DNA of 64,000 nucleotides from Dehalococcoidia bacterium. Lineage in GTDB: Bacteria; Chloroflexota; Dehalococcoidia; Plut-88900. A program made the translations under genes and the position numbers. Under the pieces are notes generated by a model, which saw nothing but the letters and a program-made list of their open reading frames with translations, had not been told where the DNA came from and made no database searches. Where the stretch lies: positions 3,328,001 to 3,392,000 of the forward strand of contig OZ240215.1 in NCBI GenBank assembly GCA_965197585.1, read 5' to 3'. Below, in pieces: positions 60,530 through 64,000 of this stretch (position 1 is its first letter; each line of letters opens with the position of its first letter).

Positions 60530-62683
60530 GACAAGCTGCTGTTTAAGATACCTCGCGCTATCGAAAGCGATGATTTCCCATTCGAGCAACTCAGTCGTAT
60601 TGCAGAACATGAAAGCTGGCGTAAGGAGATCTACCGTCCGATCTACCACATACACAAATGGTGGGCGCAACGTTTAGGATCAGTTTTTAGGGGTATTCTC
60701 TTGGGCGCATTAGCGCCAAAGGGTGCCGATGTCATGAAGTTGTTTTACTCATCCACACGCTTTACTGATATTGTCGTCTTCGACCCATTCATGGGAAGCG
60801 GCACAACAATAGGCGAAACCCTGAAAATTGGAGGGAGAGCCATCGGCCGGGACATCAACCCGGTGTCTTACCTTCAAGTCTGCACTGCCTTAACACTGAA
60901 AGATTTGGCACTACTGGAAAATACCTATCATGCGATCGAACGCGATGTGGCTGATACTATTTCCAGCTATTACGTCACCCGTATGTCAGGTGGCGCATTG
61001 TGCCGAGTTCTGTACTACTTCTGGGTAATGCAAGCCACTTGTCCAATTTGTGATATCGATGTCGACTTGTTTGGCAGCTACATATTTGCTCGGCATGCGT
61101 ATTCTCAACGTAATCCTAACGTACAAGTTGTATGCCCGAAATGCGGCGCATTATCTCAAGAAAACCGTCAGATCAAGCAAATGCAGTGTTCGAAGTGCAA
61201 TCATGAGTTTAACGCAACACGAGGTCCCGTAAGAGGAAAGACAGCCGAGTGCCCGAATTGCCGCTGCGAGTTCACGATTGCTCATACCATACGCGATACT
61301 GGAACCTCTCCCAGCTACAGGATGTATGCAAAACTGATCCTAAAACCTGATGGAGTGAAAGAATATCATCCAGTAAATGAGTTTGACGAAGAGTTATATC
61401 AAGAGGCGATTATTGCCTTATATAAGTCTCCATATGAGATTCCACGTGGAACTATAGAGCCTGGCTACAATACAAACCAAGTGTTGAACTATGGGTTCAG
61501 TTACTGGCATCAGTTGTTCAATGCACGGCAGCTTCTGTGTATATCTACCCTAGCTAATCGAATAAAGGCGATTGAAGACATATCACTTCGTTATGCGTTC
61601 ACCTGCCTTTTTTCTGGTGTGCTTGAATTCAATAATATGTTTGCCTCCTATAAGGGTGAGGGCACGGGAGCTGTCAGGCACATGTTTTATCACCATATCT
61701 TGAAGCCTGAACGCACGCCATTGGAGGCGAACCTGTGGGGTACGCCTCGAAGTTCTGGTGCTTTCTCAACATTGTTCCGTAGCAGGCTATTGCGGGCAGC
61801 AGAGTATGCACGGGAACCATTTGAACTGGCGCTCCATACCAAGAATTCGAGCAAGCGGTCTACTAAAGTTGATAGCATCAACCAACCTCTAGTTGGAATC
61901 ACCAACAGCGATTCATTTAACCATTTTGCCCAGGGTCGAACGCTCTATATTTCCTGCGGAGATTCCGCAACCACTGACTTGCCGGATCAGAGTGTAGACT
62001 TGGTTGTTACAGACCCACCTTTTTTTGACAATGTGCATTACTCCCAATTGGCTGATTTCTTTTTCGCCTGGCAGAAACTAATTTTGGATGATTCTCCTGT
62101 CTATAAGATAGAAACCACTCGATCTAAACTTGAGGTGCAGAATGCGGATGCAACGGCTTTTACAGATCGTTTAACGCATGTGTTAAAGGAAACCACACGC
62201 GTTCTCAAGAAAGATGGACTCCTTATCTTCACTTACCACCATTCCAGGTGGGAAGGTTGGCGCTCCATTCTTGATGCATTGTTGATGGCCGGATTTTGCA
62301 TAGCTGCATGCCATCCTGTTAAAGCAGAATTATCGCTTGCGACTCCCAAACACCAAGCAAAGTCTCCAATCAACTTCGACATCATTATGGTTTGTCGCAA
62401 AGCCCAAGATAGTGCAAACCCGCGGGAAGAGCGAGACGTATTGACAATTACGTCTGCCGTTAAACGTGCGGAAGATCAGATTGATAGACTTCGACTAACC
62501 GGATGGCAGTTAAGTCGAAACGACGTTGGCGTGATGGTCATGGCACAAGTAATATCCGAAATCTCTCGATGTAAAGAATCCCATTTAGCAGAGCAATTGC
62601 TAGATAGCATCGGTGGCTCCATAGCTCAGGCCATCGATCGACTCTACGAGTCGAAATTCCCGAATCTTAGGGTAGAAGTGTGA
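60530..62683 (+). CDS. Amino-DNA methyltransferase with Zn-ribbon insert (DUF1156-like); start unclear
   Basis: HKWWAQRLGSVFR upstream of the annotated TTG; DPFMGSGTT; several CxxC; TDPPFFDNVHYS. Confidence 0.85.
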   Translation, partial: DKLLFKIPRAIESDDFPFEQLSRIAEHESWRKEIYRPIYHIHKWWAQRLGSVFRGILLGALAPKGADVMKLFYSSTRFTDIVVFDPFMGSGTTIGETLKIGGRAIGRDINPVSYLQVCTALTLKDLALLENTYHAIERDVADTISSYYVTRMSGGALCRVLYYFWVMQATCPICDIDVDLFGSYIFARHAYSQRNPNVQVVCPKCGALSQENRQIKQMQCSKCNHEFNATRGPVRGKTAECPNCRCEFTIAHTIRDTGTSPSYRMYAKLILKPDGVKEYHPVNEFDEELYQEAIIALYKSPYEIPRGTIEPGYNTNQVLNYGFSYWHQLFNARQLLCISTLANRIKAIEDISLRYAFTCLFSGVLEFNNMFASYKGEGTGAVRHMFYHHILKPERTPLEANLWGTPRSSGAFSTLFRSRLLRAAEYAREPFELALHTKNSSKRSTKVDSINQPLVGITNSDSFNHFAQGRTLYISCGDSATTDLPDQSVDLVVTDPPFFDNVHYSQLADFFFAWQKLILDDSPVYKIETTRSKLEVQNADATAFTDRLTHVLKETTRVLKKDGLLIFTYHHSRWEGWRSILDALLMAGFCIAACHPVKAELSLATPKHQAKSPINFDIIMVCRKAQDSANPREERDVLTITSAVKRAEDQIDRLRLTGWQLSRNDVGVMVMAQVISEISRCKESHLAEQLLDSIGGSIAQAIDRLYESKFPNLRVEV

Positions 62684-62730
62684 CCGTGATTAGCCCTTAC
62701 TTGGCTCAACCCCTATGCTAGAATACCGCC

Positions 62731-63087
62731 ATGCTTTATATTCTCCTGGCCACTCTGACGACTGACGGGCAGCGGAAGCTGATAGATAATCCCGAGCTTA
62801 TAAATGACGTTGCGCAGGAGGTGGATGTGCCCGGCGCCCGCCTTATGGCGCGGTACATGGTTCTCGGCAGGTACGACTTCGTAATCATCGCCGAGGCGGA
62901 CGGGCCGGAGTCGGTGGCCCGGTTGTCCCTGGAGTTCGGGCTCCGAGCCGGGGTCCACACCGAGACCCTTCAGGCTATCAACGTCGACCTCCTCGCCGGC
63001 GCCGGCGAGGACGACATTATTTCGAGCCTCACCGAGGCGTTCGTCCCTACCCCCACCGACGGCGCACCCCCCACCTCCGAAACCTAG
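62731..63087 (+). CDS. GYD domain protein
   Basis: Y.VLGRYDFVII.EA, TETL.A. Confidence 0.85.
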   Translation: MLYILLATLTTDGQRKLIDNPELINDVAQEVDVPGARLMARYMVLGRYDFVIIAEADGPESVARLSLEFGLRAGVHTETLQAINVDLLAGAGEDDIISSLTEAFVPTPTDGAPPTSET

Positions 63088-63121
63088 TCCAGCCAGTCTT
63101 CCCAAAAGAAAGGCGTCACCC

Positions 63122-64000
63122 ATGAGCAACCTGGACTTCGAGATTTCCGAATTCGAGGACCGGCAGCAGAGGACTCGGGCGGCCATGGAGAAGATCGGCA
63201 TAGACCTTCTCATAGTGACCAATCCCGTCAACATCAACTACCTGGCCGGCAGCCGGATCAAGGGATACCAGGAGTTCCAGGCCCTACTATTCACGCTGGA
63301 GCCCAGCGACCTGATACTCCAGACTCGTTTCGCTGATGTCTTCGAGGCGCAGGAAATGTCGTTGTCGGGGGACGTGCGGGGGTGGGACCGGGACCCGGGC
63401 GACCACGCCGTGCCCATCCTCAAGTCCATACTGGAGGAGAAGGGGTATCTTAACCGGAGAATAGGGCTTGAGGTCCCGGATACGTATCTTAACGTGCACG
63501 ACTATCTGCAGCTCAGGGATGTTCTCGGCGACGCACTGGTAGCCGAACCCACCCGCCTCATCGAGGAGCTCAAGTTCGTTAAGTCTCCCGCGGAGCTGGC
63601 CTACATCCGCAAAGCCTCCGACATCAATGACGCCGTCCACCAGACGTGTCTCGATACCATGGCGGCAGGCAAGACCGAGTTCCAGGTTGTCGGCGAGATG
63701 CATCGCACGATGATGTCCCTCGGCGGTGAGTTCACGTCGAGCCCGATGAACTTTGTGAGCGGGGAGCGGACGCCCTACTCTCACGGCTTTCCCTCGGAGA
63801 GGGTGCTTCAGGACGGAGACCTGGTCCATCACGAATATGGTTCAGCCTATCGTCGGTACACCTGCACAATTGGTCGGGTGATGTGCATCGGGGAGCCGAC
63901 GGCCAGGATGAAAGAGGTCTACCAGGTTGTCCGGAACGCCTGCGATGCTACCATAGGGGCGATCAGGGCGGGGGTCCCGGCGTCGGCGCCCCACGAGGCG
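63122..64000 (+). CDS. M24 family Xaa-Pro peptidase/creatinase-like, 3'-truncated by the window
   Basis: MSNLDFEISEFEDRQQRTR...NINYLAG; VKSPAELAYIRKA; SGER...HG. Confidence 0.85.
   Translation, partial: MSNLDFEISEFEDRQQRTRAAMEKIGIDLLIVTNPVNINYLAGSRIKGYQEFQALLFTLEPSDLILQTRFADVFEAQEMSLSGDVRGWDRDPGDHAVPILKSILEEKGYLNRRIGLEVPDTYLNVHDYLQLRDVLGDALVAEPTRLIEELKFVKSPAELAYIRKASDINDAVHQTCLDTMAAGKTEFQVVGEMHRTMMSLGGEFTSSPMNFVSGERTPYSHGFPSERVLQDGDLVHHEYGSAYRRYTCTIGRVMCIGEPTARMKEVYQVVRNACDATIGAIRAGVPASAPHEA

Overview
GC-rich bacterial chromosomal window. Gene content suggests Chloroflexota/Dehalococcoidia (SAR202-like), possibly host- or sponge-associated (inference): many amidohydrolase_2 paralogs, an F420-dependent LLM, CaiB/BaiF CoA-transferases, thiolase-like/DUF35 pairs, a cadherin-repeat protein and a T-box. 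It contains tRNA-Thr(CGT), tRNA-Ala(CGC), an intact IS481 element, a Leu T-box-controlled ilvBNC-leuA-leuB-cimA operon, a selenocysteine-type selD, a probable ~13.8 kb island at tRNA-Ala and a type II R-M pair. Two signals stand out. (1) A family of long (~750-950 bp), highly base-paired elements: two inverted homologous copies at ~33.7-34.4 kb and ~37.1-37.9 kb, plus a distant third at ~57.8-58.8 kb. They share a sigma70 promoter with an embedded LexA-like box, an ATGGAA/TT(C/T)CAT long-range closing stem and a CCACAACTGAA 3' motif, which suggests an undescribed large ncRNA or element family. (2) An MFS transporter interrupted by an in-frame TGA followed by a SECIS-like hairpin with nearly the same geometry as that of selD, a candidate new selenoprotein. 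All calls were made by eye, with no database searches.
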